Below are positions 38,825-48,540 of a stretch of 64,000 bases of DNA, one piece after another. Origin of the DNA: Alphaproteobacteria bacterium (GTDB lineage: Bacteria; Pseudomonadota; Alphaproteobacteria; MPNO01; UBA830); contig OZ251539.1 of the NCBI GenBank assembly GCA_965243135.1, positions 4,630,236 through 4,694,235 on the forward strand, given 5' to 3'. Position 1 is the first letter of the stretch, and every line of letters begins with the position of its first letter. The translations under genes were made by a program, and so were the position numbers. Under the pieces are notes generated by a model, which was not told the DNA's origin, made no database searches, and saw only the letters and a list, made by a program, of their open reading frames with translations.

Positions 38825-40473
38825 CGGCCCTCGACGCCATTCGCCGGCAGGTGATGTGGAACCGGCTCGTCGCCGTGGTCGAGGAGCAGGCGCAGACCAT
38901 TCTGCATACCGCCTTCGGCGCGGTGGTGCGCGAGGCGGGAGACCTCTCGGCCGGCATCTACGATCGGCGCGGCCGCATGATCGCGCAAGCGGTTACCGGA
39001 ACGCCCGGGCACGTCAACACGATGGCGCGGGCCGTGGGGCATTTTCTCGAGCGCTTCCCGCTCCCGGAAATGGAGCCCGGCGACGCGTTCGTCACCAACG
39101 ATCCATGGCTCGGAACCGGGCATCTGTTCGACTTCGTCGTCGTCTCGCCGGCATTCCATCAGGGGCGCGCCGTCGCCCTGTTCGCTTCGACCTGCCATGT
39201 CGTCGACGTGGGCGGCCGCGGCTTCACCGCCGAAGCGAGGTCGGTCTACGAAGAAGGGATCGCCGTCCCGCATATGAAGCTGCGGGATCGCGGCCGCCTC
39301 AACGAAGATCTGATGGCGATCCTGTCGGCGAACAGCCGGAATCCCGTCGAGGTCAGGGGCGACGTCCTGTCGCTGGTCGCCTGCAACGACAAGGGCCAGG
39401 AGCGGCTCCGCGACATGATGTCGGAGTTCGGGCTGACGGGGATCGACGCGCTCGCCGACCATATCGTCGACAGTTCGCGGGAGGCGATGATCGAAGCGAT
39501 CCGCGCCGTTCCCAACGGCCGGTATCGGACGGAGATGGAGCTCGACGGCTACGAAGAACCGCTGTTCGTCAAGGCGGAAATGACGGTTTCGGACGCGGAA
39601 ATCGCGGTCGACTACGCCGGCACTTCCAGGGCGTCCCGCTTCGGGATCAATTCTCCGTTCTGCTACACGGAGGCGTATACCTGTTTCGGCATCAAATGCA
39701 TCGTCGCTCCCGCCGTTCCGAACAACCACGGTTCGTTGAGCGCGTTGAGCGCGGTCGCGGAGGAAGGTTCGGCCGTCAATCCCGTCCGCCCGAGTCCCGT
39801 CACCGCCCGCCACGTCATCGGCCAGATGCTGCCGGACGTGGCGTTCGGCTGCCTTTCCCAGGCGCTGCCGGACGGGGTGCCGGCGGAGAGCGCGGGCAGC
39901 ATATGGGTCCTGCCCTTCGCGGACGCAGGCGAAGGTCCGCGGTTCAACGTCATGAACGTCGGCATGGGCGGCGTCGGCGCCCGGCCCGGCAAGGACGGAT
40001 TGTCGGTGACGGCGTTTCCGAGCGGCGTCGGCGCGATACCGATCGAGGTGACGGAAGACGAGTCCCCTCTCGTCTTCAGGCGCAAGGAGCTTCTTCCGGA
40101 TTCCGGAGGCCCCGGCAAGCATCGCGGAGGCCTGGGGCAAATCATCGAGATCGCGAACGCCGAGGGCTTTCCCTTCACCGTTTCGGCCGCCACGTTCGAC
40201 CGCATGCGGAATCCGGCGCGCGGCCGCGACGGCGGCCGTCCGGGCGCGCGGGGAACCGCGCGCCTGGCGTCGGGGCGGGAATTCGCCGACAAGGCGGTTC
40301 ATGCCGTTCCGCGAGGGGACAGCCTCGTCGTCACGTTGCCGGGCGGCGGCGGTTTGGGGGACCCTTGGGAAAGATCGGAGGACCTTGTGGCCTCGGATCT
40401 GCGCTCCGGCTACGTTTCGGCGGAAGGAGCGGAAAGGGATTACGGGCAACTTCAACGGGGAGAAAAACGATGA
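38821..40473 (+). CDS. hyuB: hydantoinase B / N-methylhydantoinase subunit B
   Basis: 550-aa Hydantoinase_B family protein. It is translationally coupled to hyuA and dctP. Confidence 0.85.
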   Translation: MTALDAIRRQVMWNRLVAVVEEQAQTILHTAFGAVVREAGDLSAGIYDRRGRMIAQAVTGTPGHVNTMARAVGHFLERFPLPEMEPGDAFVTNDPWLGTGHLFDFVVVSPAFHQGRAVALFASTCHVVDVGGRGFTAEARSVYEEGIAVPHMKLRDRGRLNEDLMAILSANSRNPVEVRGDVLSLVACNDKGQERLRDMMSEFGLTGIDALADHIVDSSREAMIEAIRAVPNGRYRTEMELDGYEEPLFVKAEMTVSDAEIAVDYAGTSRASRFGINSPFCYTEAYTCFGIKCIVAPAVPNNHGSLSALSAVAEEGSAVNPVRPSPVTARHVIGQMLPDVAFGCLSQALPDGVPAESAGSIWVLPFADAGEGPRFNVMNVGMGGVGARPGKDGLSVTAFPSGVGAIPIEVTEDESPLVFRRKELLPDSGGPGKHRGGLGQIIEIANAEGFPFTVSAATFDRMRNPARGRDGGRPGARGTARLASGREFADKAVHAVPRGDSLVVTLPGGGGLGDPWERSEDLVASDLRSGYVSAEGAERDYGQLQRGEKR

Positions 40474-41489
40474 AGACCGGATTGGTTACCGCGGTCGCCG
40501 CTGCCGCGGCCATAGCGGCGGGCGTTTCGGCCGGCGCGCAGGCGCAGAGTCTCAAGGCCGGACTCATGCTCAAGAAGGGCTTTCCCGGCGCGGAGCCGGT
40601 GAACGGCATGTACGAATTCTTCGAAGCCGAGGTGGAAAAGGGCTCCGGCGGCAAGATCGGCATGGAGATCGTCTACGGCGGGGCCTTGGGGAAGCCCAAC
40701 GAACGCCTGAACCAGGTCCGGCGCGGCATCATTCAGATGTCCGACGCTTCGGACGGGAATTACGCCTCCATCTACAAGGACATCCAGGTTCTCTCGATGC
40801 CCTATCTGTTTCCCGACGAGCGGACCGCATGGAATCTTCTGGACGGCTCCATCGGGAGCCGCATCGCCGAAGATCTGCGCAAGAAGACCGGCATTCGCGT
40901 TCTCGGATGGTGGGAGTCGGGCGGCTTCAAGCACTACAGCGCGAACCGCGCCATTCGGAAGCCCGACGACATGAAGGGATTGAAGATGCGGGTGATGGCG
41001 CCGATCTTCGGCATCCCCGTCCTGACGCTGGGCGGGTCGGCGACGCCGATCGCGTTTCCCGAGCTGTACACCTCTTTGAGGACGGGCGTGGTCGACGGTC
41101 AGGACAATGCGGTCTGGGTCTTCAACCTGATCAAGCTGCACGAGGTTCAAAAGTTTCTGATGCTGGACGGCCACATTTATTCCTTCGGCCCTCTCGGCAT
41201 CAACGATCGCTGGTTCAGCGGCCTGTCCGCCGACCTTCAGGCCGTCGTTCTCGACGCCGGGAAAAAGGCCGTGGCGTACAACCGCAGGGAGTCGCGGGCG
41301 GCCGAAGCCAGGAACGTCGCGCTGGCGAAGGAGAAAGGCGTGACGGTCATTCCCTTCACGGCGGAGATGAAGAAGGAGTTCGCCGACCGCGTCAGGCCCG
41401 CGGCGGTGAAGTGGCTGAAGGAAAACGTCGATACCCCTGCGCTCGTCGACGAGGTGATCGCGGAAGTCGCGAAGCTCTCGCGGCAATAG
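40470..41489 (+). CDS. dctP: TRAP transporter substrate-binding protein
   Basis: Signal peptide plus a DctP-family fold, with an ATGA overlap with hyuB. Confidence 0.85.
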   Translation: MKTGLVTAVAAAAAIAAGVSAGAQAQSLKAGLMLKKGFPGAEPVNGMYEFFEAEVEKGSGGKIGMEIVYGGALGKPNERLNQVRRGIIQMSDASDGNYASIYKDIQVLSMPYLFPDERTAWNLLDGSIGSRIAEDLRKKTGIRVLGWWESGGFKHYSANRAIRKPDDMKGLKMRVMAPIFGIPVLTLGGSATPIAFPELYTSLRTGVVDGQDNAVWVFNLIKLHEVQKFLMLDGHIYSFGPLGINDRWFSGLSADLQAVVLDAGKKAVAYNRRESRAAEARNVALAKEKGVTVIPFTAEMKKEFADRVRPAAVKWLKENVDTPALVDEVIAEVAKLSRQ

Positions 41490-41510
41490 CCGCGGGCGCG
41501 TCGCCCGGCC

Positions 41511-41966
41511 ATGACGGGCCGTCTGGAACGCGGCCTGCGCGCGGTCTGCGCGGCGGCGCTTCTCGCGCTGTTCGCGCTCGTCGTCGCGCAGGTCGCGCTC
41601 CGATACGGTTTCGGCTACACGCCGTTCTTCACGGAAGAGGTGGCCCGCTACATGCTCGTCTGGTCGGTGCTGGCGGGCGCCGCGGCGTCGGTCGACGCCC
41701 ATATCCGGGTTCCGTTCGTGCCGGATCTTCTGAGGCCCGCCGCGCGGCGGGCCTGGATGCTGGCGCTGGACGTCGCGACGCTCCTGCTGCTGGCCGTGTT
41801 GACCTTCGCCGCGGTTCGGTCGTTCGAGTTCGCCGCCGGCCAGACCAGCGACGGGCTCCAGATCCCGCTTCAGTACCCTTACGCGGTTCTCCCGCTCGCT
41901 TTCGGGGCGGCGCTGCTTCTTCTCGCCGTCCGCCTCAAACGCGGATTCAGGAAGGAGCGGGAGTGA
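41511..41966 (+). CDS. dctQ: TRAP transporter small permease
   Basis: 151-aa four-TM DctQ-like protein. Confidence 0.8.
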   Translation: MTGRLERGLRAVCAAALLALFALVVAQVALRYGFGYTPFFTEEVARYMLVWSVLAGAAASVDAHIRVPFVPDLLRPAARRAWMLALDVATLLLLAVLTFAAVRSFEFAAGQTSDGLQIPLQYPYAVLPLAFGAALLLLAVRLKRGFRKERE

Positions 41967-43249
41967 GCCTCGCTCTCTTCGTCGCGTCTTTTCTGTTTCT
42001 CCTGTTCGCGGGCCTGCCGGTCGCGTGGACCATGGTCGCCTCCTCCGTCGTATGGCTGGCCGCGAGCGGGCAGATGGCGTTTCTCGCGGTTCTGCCGGAG
42101 CGCATCTTCCAGGGAATCGACGTATTCGTCCTGATGGCGATCCCGCTGTTCGTGCTGGCGGGCGAACTCGTCAACGAGGGCCGCATCACGGACAGGCTGG
42201 TCGCGTTCGCGAACGTGCTGTTCGGCTGGATGCCGGGCGGACTGGCGCAAGTGAACATCGGCACGTCCATCCTGTTTTCCGGCATCACGGGCGTCGCGCT
42301 GGGCGATATCGCGGCGCTCGGCAAGGTGTTCATTCCGTCGATGGCGAAAAACGGCTATTCGCCGGCCTACGCCGCGGCCGTGACGGCTTCCTCGTCGATA
42401 ATCGGACCCATGGTCCCGCCGTCGCTGATCGTCGTGATCTACGGCTCGATAACGGGCGTGTCCATCGGCGCGCTGTTCGCCGCCTGCGTGGTTCCGGGCC
42501 TCCTGATCGGGTTCTGTCAGATGGCGCTCGTCTGGTTTCAGGCGCGAAGGCGAGGCTTCGTCGGCGTGGAGGTCGACCGTTCCCTGCCCGCGGTCGCGAC
42601 GTCGGCCCGGCGGGCGCTGCCTCCCCTGCTGGTCCCGGTCATCGTATTGGCCGGCATTCTGGGCGGCGTCATGACTCCGACCGAAGCGGGCGGGCTCGCC
42701 GCCTTTTACGCCTTGGCGATCGCGGTCCTTCTTTATCGCTCGATAGGCTTGCGGCAGTTCCTGTCGGCGCTCGAGCGGTCCGCCGTCTTCTCGTCCCAGC
42801 TGCTGATCATCGTCGGATGCGGCGCCGTTTTCACCTGGGTGATGGGCATGGAAAACGTGCCGTCGCTGGTCGAGCGGACGGTGAAGGAATTCGACGTCCA
42901 TCCCGTTCTGCTGCTGTTGACGCTGAATCTCGTCATGCTCGTCCTCGGAATGTTCGTCGATCCGACTGCCGCCATCATCCTGTTCGTGCCGATTCTGGGG
43001 GCGATGGCGCAAGCCGCGGGCGTCGACCCGGTTCATTTCGGCGCCATCGCCATCCTGAATCTCAATATCGGCCTCCTGACGCCGCCGCTGGGCGTCTGCC
43101 TTTTCGCGGCTGAGCGCATCGCCGGCTGCGGCCTCGCGGCGCTGCTGCGCGAGACCTGGCCTTTTTTGACCGTCAGCCTGGTCGCGTTGGTCCTCGTGAC
43201 CTGCCTGCCGCAGCTCAGCCTGTGGCTGCCGCGCGCGATCGGGCTGTGA
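41963..43249 (+). CDS. dctM: TRAP transporter large permease
   Basis: 428-aa polytopic DctM-like protein, with a GTGA overlap with dctQ. Confidence 0.85.
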   Translation: MSLALFVASFLFLLFAGLPVAWTMVASSVVWLAASGQMAFLAVLPERIFQGIDVFVLMAIPLFVLAGELVNEGRITDRLVAFANVLFGWMPGGLAQVNIGTSILFSGITGVALGDIAALGKVFIPSMAKNGYSPAYAAAVTASSSIIGPMVPPSLIVVIYGSITGVSIGALFAACVVPGLLIGFCQMALVWFQARRRGFVGVEVDRSLPAVATSARRALPPLLVPVIVLAGILGGVMTPTEAGGLAAFYALAIAVLLYRSIGLRQFLSALERSAVFSSQLLIIVGCGAVFTWVMGMENVPSLVERTVKEFDVHPVLLLLTLNLVMLVLGMFVDPTAAIILFVPILGAMAQAAGVDPVHFGAIAILNLNIGLLTPPLGVCLFAAERIAGCGLAALLRETWPFLTVSLVALVLVTCLPQLSLWLPRAIGL

Positions 43250-43257
43250 GCGGCGGA

Positions 43258-43854
43258 ATGCGGAAGCGCGCGGATCTCGCCGGCGAAGCGAAGGGCCTGC
43301 GCATCGGCGAACGCCTGTCGCAGATCAGGAAAGCCAAGGGGCTTACCCTCGCCCGGCTGAGCGAGACGACGGCGATTTCGGAAGCCACGCTGTCGCGCGC
43401 CGAAAACGGCATCTCGCCCCTCAACGCGCACAACTTGTACATCCTCGCCAGGGTGCTGGACGTCGACGTGGTGTCTTTCTTCCGGTCGGACGCCGAGACT
43501 TTCGCGAGAGGGAAGCGCGCGATAACGAAAGCCGGCGAAGGGGAGCGCGGGTCGACGCAGCGCTACGACCTCGAACTGCTGTGCGCCGAATTGTCGGCGA
43601 AGAGGATGGTGCCCAGCCGGAACCGGATCACCGCCCGCTCCCTGGAGGAAGCCGGCGGCCTGCGCGCTCACGAGGGGGAGGAATTCCTGTACGTTCTGTC
43701 GGGCGAGGTGGCGATCTACACGGATCTGTACGCGCCCGCGATCATGGAAACGGGGGACAGCATGTATTTCGACGGAAACACGGCGCACGCTTACGTAGCG
43801 ACGGGCGACGGCCCGGCCGAGATACTCGTGGTCACGACGGTCGATCATGGATGA
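43258..43854 (+). CDS. XRE-family HTH plus cupin domain transcriptional regulator
   Basis: HTH_3 (LSQIRKAKGLTLARLSETTAISEATLSRAENG) and a C-terminal cupin. Confidence 0.75.
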   Translation: MRKRADLAGEAKGLRIGERLSQIRKAKGLTLARLSETTAISEATLSRAENGISPLNAHNLYILARVLDVDVVSFFRSDAETFARGKRAITKAGEGERGSTQRYDLELLCAELSAKRMVPSRNRITARSLEEAGGLRAHEGEEFLYVLSGEVAIYTDLYAPAIMETGDSMYFDGNTAHAYVATGDGPAEILVVTTVDHG

Positions 43855-44305
43855 CGGGTACGCCCACGTCTGCTCGATACGGATCGCCCGTCCCGCGGAG
43901 ACCGTTCTGGCGTTTCTGAGCGCGCCCGAGCTGTTGTCGAGCTGGGCGGCGGGCATGGGGCGCGCAAAGATCCACGACGATGGGCTTGTCGAGGGCGCGT
44001 TTCCGGATACGGGCGAACCGATCTGGGCGCGGATCGACGCGGATCCGAAGCGCAATGCGATTCATTACCATCTCGGCCCGGAACCCTCGTCTCTGGCGCC
44101 GCGAATCGAGATACGAATCGTTCCCGGACCGGTCCTGGAGTCCGATGCCGACTCCTGCGTCGTCTCGATGATCGCGTGGCGGCAGAACGGCATGGACGAC
44201 GTTCGTTGGCGAAGCCTCAAATCCGGCCACGAAGCCGAAATCCTCGAAATCAAGAGGCTGATCGAAAGCCAAAAATACCGGGTACAAAAAGGGTGCTTCT
44301 GCTAG
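43847..44305 (+). CDS. hypothetical protein
   Basis: 152-aa ORF with backbone-like GC content and no recognisable motif. It is the last native gene before island 1. Confidence 0.45.
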   Translation: MDDGYAHVCSIRIARPAETVLAFLSAPELLSSWAAGMGRAKIHDDGLVEGAFPDTGEPIWARIDADPKRNAIHYHLGPEPSSLAPRIEIRIVPGPVLESDADSCVVSMIAWRQNGMDDVRWRSLKSGHEAEILEIKRLIESQKYRVQKGCFC

Positions 44306-44507
44306 TGGAGCTGCTAGAAATAAAAGTACCCCATCCATGGGAACAAACGATCTATTGCTCACCTGACCATGCTTCTTGACAGTACCATCGAGACCGTGCT
44401 ATGAACATTCAAGTAATCCATTTTGAGGAAATTCTGACTGAATTTTCGCACGACAAATTTGGATGTTATGGTATCCTGAATGGATTAGGGATGAGGATCA
44501 AGAAATC

Positions 44508-45953
44508 ATGAAGGATCAAACATATCAATTGTTGCATAATTTTTCCAACTTTGTCGCAGTTGGCGATTGTTGGGATGCTGCGCGAGAATTAATGGCTACG
44601 CATCAGATAATTGAGGTTTCTGAGACCGAAGAATTTATTTTAGGAATCAAGAAATTATCAGAAATTGCGAGAAAAGGTGATGACATTGATCGTCTCATTG
44701 CAATCGATCTAATCGTTCGCATTTCTAAATTTGTAAAAAAATTGCGCCCGAAATCGGAGGAAGCGCTTCGTCAAATTCTAACGGATAATATACCGCCTTC
44801 TTCATTGTTATCAAACACAAAAAAAATCCCAGAGGGAGCGAAGCCAGCAGAACTACGCGAGAATTTGGCAATAGCGCTGAGCTATGCATCAGGAAATTGG
44901 GTCGTTCCATATGTTGTGCGTTCCTTGTTGGAGGAAGATCGTTCACAAAGATGTCGTATGGAATTAGCTCGCCAACTAGCCACACGAGAAAAATCTATTG
45001 ACAAATGGTTGCTTTCAGTAATTAATTTTCTTATGAAAGGCGTAAACGAAAAGGAAAGAAATGTCGAAATCGCCGTGACAAGACTGCGCGATACTACAAC
45101 AGCGCTTCTTGGTGCCGCGAGAGAAAACCGGAATAATCTCGGGATATCGGGAAACTCCGGCGTTAATTTTTCTAAGATGTGTTCCCTTTTCACGCCAAAT
45201 TCGTCGTTTGCTAAACGCCCAAAATCTCTAGAGTCTTGTTCAATTGAAGTAGCGCGCTTTCTGGATGAAATATTTGCTAATAAACTCATGCTTATCGTGG
45301 AACCAGAAGCGTACTCTGTGTTGGATATAATTCAAAAATGGTGGCAACCACTTTCTTATCCACAACGATTGCGAAATGCATTAGATCCAATAAAGGATAA
45401 AATACTTACTGGTATCACATTAAGAGCCCGCTGGGGGCAGAAATCTGATAAGCTTCGATCTCGTCTCGGACAGGCATATGGCGATCAACGGTTAGCATTT
45501 AATCGTCTTGAACAAATTGCAACGGAGGAAACAGGTCTTCCTTCAGATATTGATGATTGGTTGAGGGGGCGTCGTCGAAAGACGAGCGGCGTAGAAAATG
45601 CGACTCTCGCTCTTCAATCAGTGGAAGAAGATAGTTTAATTGATGCTTTTGCACCGCTGCTTCTTGAAGCGGAAGTCGTACTGAAATCTAGACTCGATCC
45701 TTCGTTGTCTAATGAAAATCGAACCAGTCTTCGACTCGCAGAAAATGTAAGATCTTTGGCGATAAGACATGGATTAGAAGTTGTTGGAGAACGAGATGAA
45801 ATAGTGGAATATCTGCCAGTATGTCATCAGACTTCTTCGGGTGAAATACCACCGGATCCGTCTGTTAAAATCGTTCGTCCCATGGTGGTGCGCAAGCGAT
45901 ACGATGGAAGTGAAGACGTTGTTGTTAAGGCAATTGTAACCGCGGTATCATGA
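44508..45953 (+). CDS. hypothetical all-helical protein (about 481 aa), island 1 gene A
   Basis: AT-rich ORF with a GAGGA RBS before the ATG at 44508 (an alternative ATG is at 44463). It has HEAT/ARM-like helical repeats and no catalytic motif I can recognise. Confidence 0.55.
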   Translation: MKDQTYQLLHNFSNFVAVGDCWDAARELMATHQIIEVSETEEFILGIKKLSEIARKGDDIDRLIAIDLIVRISKFVKKLRPKSEEALRQILTDNIPPSSLLSNTKKIPEGAKPAELRENLAIALSYASGNWVVPYVVRSLLEEDRSQRCRMELARQLATREKSIDKWLLSVINFLMKGVNEKERNVEIAVTRLRDTTTALLGAARENRNNLGISGNSGVNFSKMCSLFTPNSSFAKRPKSLESCSIEVARFLDEIFANKLMLIVEPEAYSVLDIIQKWWQPLSYPQRLRNALDPIKDKILTGITLRARWGQKSDKLRSRLGQAYGDQRLAFNRLEQIATEETGLPSDIDDWLRGRRRKTSGVENATLALQSVEEDSLIDAFAPLLLEAEVVLKSRLDPSLSNENRTSLRLAENVRSLAIRHGLEVVGERDEIVEYLPVCHQTSSGEIPPDPSVKIVRPMVVRKRYDGSEDVVVKAIVTAVS

Positions 45954-45984
45954 TGCCAACGCGCTAACCGAAAAAGGGGGTGTC

Positions 45985-46773
45985 CATGGAAAATATGATC
46001 GGGTTGGATAGGCCAGCGCTTCTTTCAAGTGTACTAGATGAACGGTCAAGAAACCCCTTAGGTTGCGGCGTGATCAGGTAGTGTCTTTTTTCGAGTCGTT
46101 GCCGTATGTGGCGATGGAGACCTGCGTCAGCGCTCATCACTGGGGTCGGCGTCTGAGAGATACGAGGTAGAACTTTTCCGGCCCAGATCCTTACCTCAAA
46201 TAGAACAAGAACGACGCACTGACAGCGAGGCGGTACAACGCCCGCAATTGCCGTCCCGAGGAGCAAGGACGTACACGGCGTGCTGTCGTTTCACAGGACG
46301 CCGAAAATGTTGGCTAAGTAGGGTGCCTAGAACTCCGACGAGTGCGCGGAGTTCGGCGTGGTCGCATTCCAGAACTGTGCCGATGTGAACCAGCCGGTTC
46401 ATCCGGGACGACAGCCTGCTGCCTGAAGAAGCTCGCTTGGCGACGTCGGTCAACCTTTTCGATCAGATCTGGAAGACCGCCGAGATGCAGGAGGCTCCGC
46501 GGAGTTGCACAGCGAGTTAGGCGACAATTCGAAAAAACTCCAGACGTCAGCGTGGCCACCGCGCTGACGGCATCGCTCGGGCTAGTGCCGCGGCAGAACG
46601 GTCCCGGTTCACCGTATCTGAAGGTGCTCATGGAAACAGTGAACTAGGTCGCCGTGGCGATTGCCAACCGAAACGTACGAATCGCTCGGGTGATGGTCCA
46701 CAGCGTCCAATCTTATAGACCAAGGATTGCCGAGTCTCCAACCATACAGGCGCAGGCCGAAGTTCACCCGTAA
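45985..46773 (+). pseudogene. degraded IS110-family transposase remnant
   Basis: IS110 N-terminal and C-terminal signatures are scattered over three frames with multiple stops (MENMIGLD, FFESLPYVAMETCVSAHHWGRRL, TASLGLVPRQNGPG, VAIANRNVRIARVM). It is too short for an intact element. Confidence 0.6.
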
Positions 46774-46855
46774 GTTGCATCCGAAAAATGCTTGCAACCC
46801 GTGGACGTCCATGCAAGTATGTGATGCATCCATTGAATCAGCAGAGGCGATAACC

Positions 46856-48436
46856 ATGCCGGATATTAATCGCGCGGCTTTTGATATTCTGGGACCAAAC
46901 GAGGACGAATTAAGAATTTGTTTGGATTTTGGTACTGCCATGTCGAAAGCATGGGCATCAAGATATTCTGATGACAGTACCATACCCCTTGTATTGGGAA
47001 GGGCGGCCGGCGAGGGTAATGAGTTGGCGGTCCCTTCGTCTATATTTATTTCTCAATCTGGAAAGATTTTCTTTGGAAGGCAAGCGGAAATTCAACATAG
47101 AAAGGAAATAGGAAATCGGCGCCGAAGATTTGATAACTTGAAATCAGTTCTTTGCGAATCAAAAGTTGATCGAGAACTTGACGAGATAGGAGTATCGCGA
47201 GAAATTGATCCAACGGGTTCTCTTACAATAGGTGGTTTGTTAACTCTATATATTGCTTGGTTAACTGATCTTTCTCTTGTAGAATTGGAACGGCAGATAC
47301 ATGCAGCAAATGAACCCAACTCTAGCGGACAAAATCCGAACAATCTTCGCTATGTTCGTAGGAGATTTGCTATCCCATGCTTTGAAAATTCTTATGACGA
47401 ATCTGTTGGTGGGGATCGACGGGCTCGATGGGCAAGAAAAATAATGAGGAAAGCATTGCTTCGGGCTCAAATTATCGCCGATACATTGAATGGGCATTGG
47501 GACGATCTAACAGTATACGATGCTTTGAGATTATTTGAAACCGTCCGGGGCATGGAAATTTCTAGGTGTGATCGATTGCTAGCAAGGGACGCCTCAGTTC
47601 GGGAGCCAGTTGCTGCAGGAGCATCGCGATTTGAAGAAATGATTACCGAAGGTAAGGCTAGGAGGATGCTGCTAGTAATCGATGCGGGCGCAGGGACCAC
47701 GGATTTTGCTATTTTTCAGGTTTTTTCTGATCAAGAAACGCGGTACGCATTAATTTCATCCGGGGTTTCTATGTGTCTAATTGCAGGAAATAGAGTCGAT
47801 CAGGTTTTAATGGAAGTCATTCTTGATGAATGTGGCGTTGATTTAGCTCAAAATAACAAGGAGGATAGAGAATCTTTCAAATGGGAACTGGAATCAAATC
47901 TCCGAAACATAAAGCAAATCCTGTTTCAGGAAAAGCGAGCAAGAATAGATTTTTTGTCAGATGTCACGGGGGAATTGCATATTGACACTCTTCTCGAAGA
48001 TCATAGATATATGAAATTAGGAGAGGAATTGTGCACAATCCGCGATAGGCTAATTGATGACCTTTTTCGAAAAAATCCTAAAGAATTGGATGATCTAAAA
48101 AAGCATATGCAAATGCTAAGTAAACCGTTTCCTATACATGTATTGCTGACGGGAGGTAGTGGTGAGCAGCCAATAATAAAAGATTTAGCCAAAGGTCATA
48201 TTGTAGTTGACGGATTAAATATTGAATTTAAGGAGGTTCGGGCTCTGCCAAATTGGATCAATGATCTACAGCGTGATCAGGCGGAATTAGTTGCTAGGGC
48301 ATATCCGCAATGTGCGGTCTCTATAGGTGGTTCGGCTCGCGAAGTTCCCCAAGAACGAAACGATTTAGTTTCCATGGTGAATCCCGCAGCGCCAGGAGAG
48401 AGACGACTTGAAGGCAATTACATGAAGGGCGTATAA
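46856..48436 (+). CDS. Hsp70-like (ASKHA superfamily) ATPase, island 1 gene B
   Basis: Phosphate-1 (ICLDFGTAMSKAW), phosphate-2 (LLVIDAGAGTTDFAIF) and adenosine (VLLTGGSGEQPIIKDL) motifs arranged as in the Hsp70 nucleotide-binding domain. It has no peptide-binding-domain-like C-terminus. Confidence 0.65.
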   Translation: MPDINRAAFDILGPNEDELRICLDFGTAMSKAWASRYSDDSTIPLVLGRAAGEGNELAVPSSIFISQSGKIFFGRQAEIQHRKEIGNRRRRFDNLKSVLCESKVDRELDEIGVSREIDPTGSLTIGGLLTLYIAWLTDLSLVELERQIHAANEPNSSGQNPNNLRYVRRRFAIPCFENSYDESVGGDRRARWARKIMRKALLRAQIIADTLNGHWDDLTVYDALRLFETVRGMEISRCDRLLARDASVREPVAAGASRFEEMITEGKARRMLLVIDAGAGTTDFAIFQVFSDQETRYALISSGVSMCLIAGNRVDQVLMEVILDECGVDLAQNNKEDRESFKWELESNLRNIKQILFQEKRARIDFLSDVTGELHIDTLLEDHRYMKLGEELCTIRDRLIDDLFRKNPKELDDLKKHMQMLSKPFPIHVLLTGGSGEQPIIKDLAKGHIVVDGLNIEFKEVRALPNWINDLQRDQAELVARAYPQCAVSIGGSAREVPQERNDLVSMVNPAAPGERRLEGNYMKGV

Positions 48437-48540
48437 AGTATTAGTCAGGGAACAAGGCTGTTGGCCGGACTGCTTCACTCGGGATGGGCGGGAGAGCTTG
48501 TTGTTGCAATGACTTCCAATCGCGAGACCTTGGAACAAAG

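Larger units (their letters stand above)
44306..48440. mobile_element. AT-rich genomic island 1 (foreign insertion in the hydantoin utilisation locus)
   Basis: Base composition drops abruptly at both ends. The span contains two large co-directional genes and a degraded IS110 transposase. Native-GC hydantoin-locus genes flank it on both sides. Confidence 0.7.

Noticed and set aside
35336-40473. ORF-track entries 35336-38824 and 36688-40473 suggesting 1100-1260-aa proteins.
   Set aside because: Each only becomes hydantoinase-like from an internal start (36746 and 38821). The upstream parts are antisense read-through of kynU or the out-of-frame hyuA. I annotated them from the internal starts.
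46727-46855. The ORF-track start of the Hsp70-like gene at 46727 (MPSLQPYRRRPKF...).
   Set aside because: The first 43 codons overlap the IS110 remnant tail and are Arg/Lys-rich. The Hsp70 phosphate-1 motif is correctly placed only from the ATG at 46856, so I used that start.
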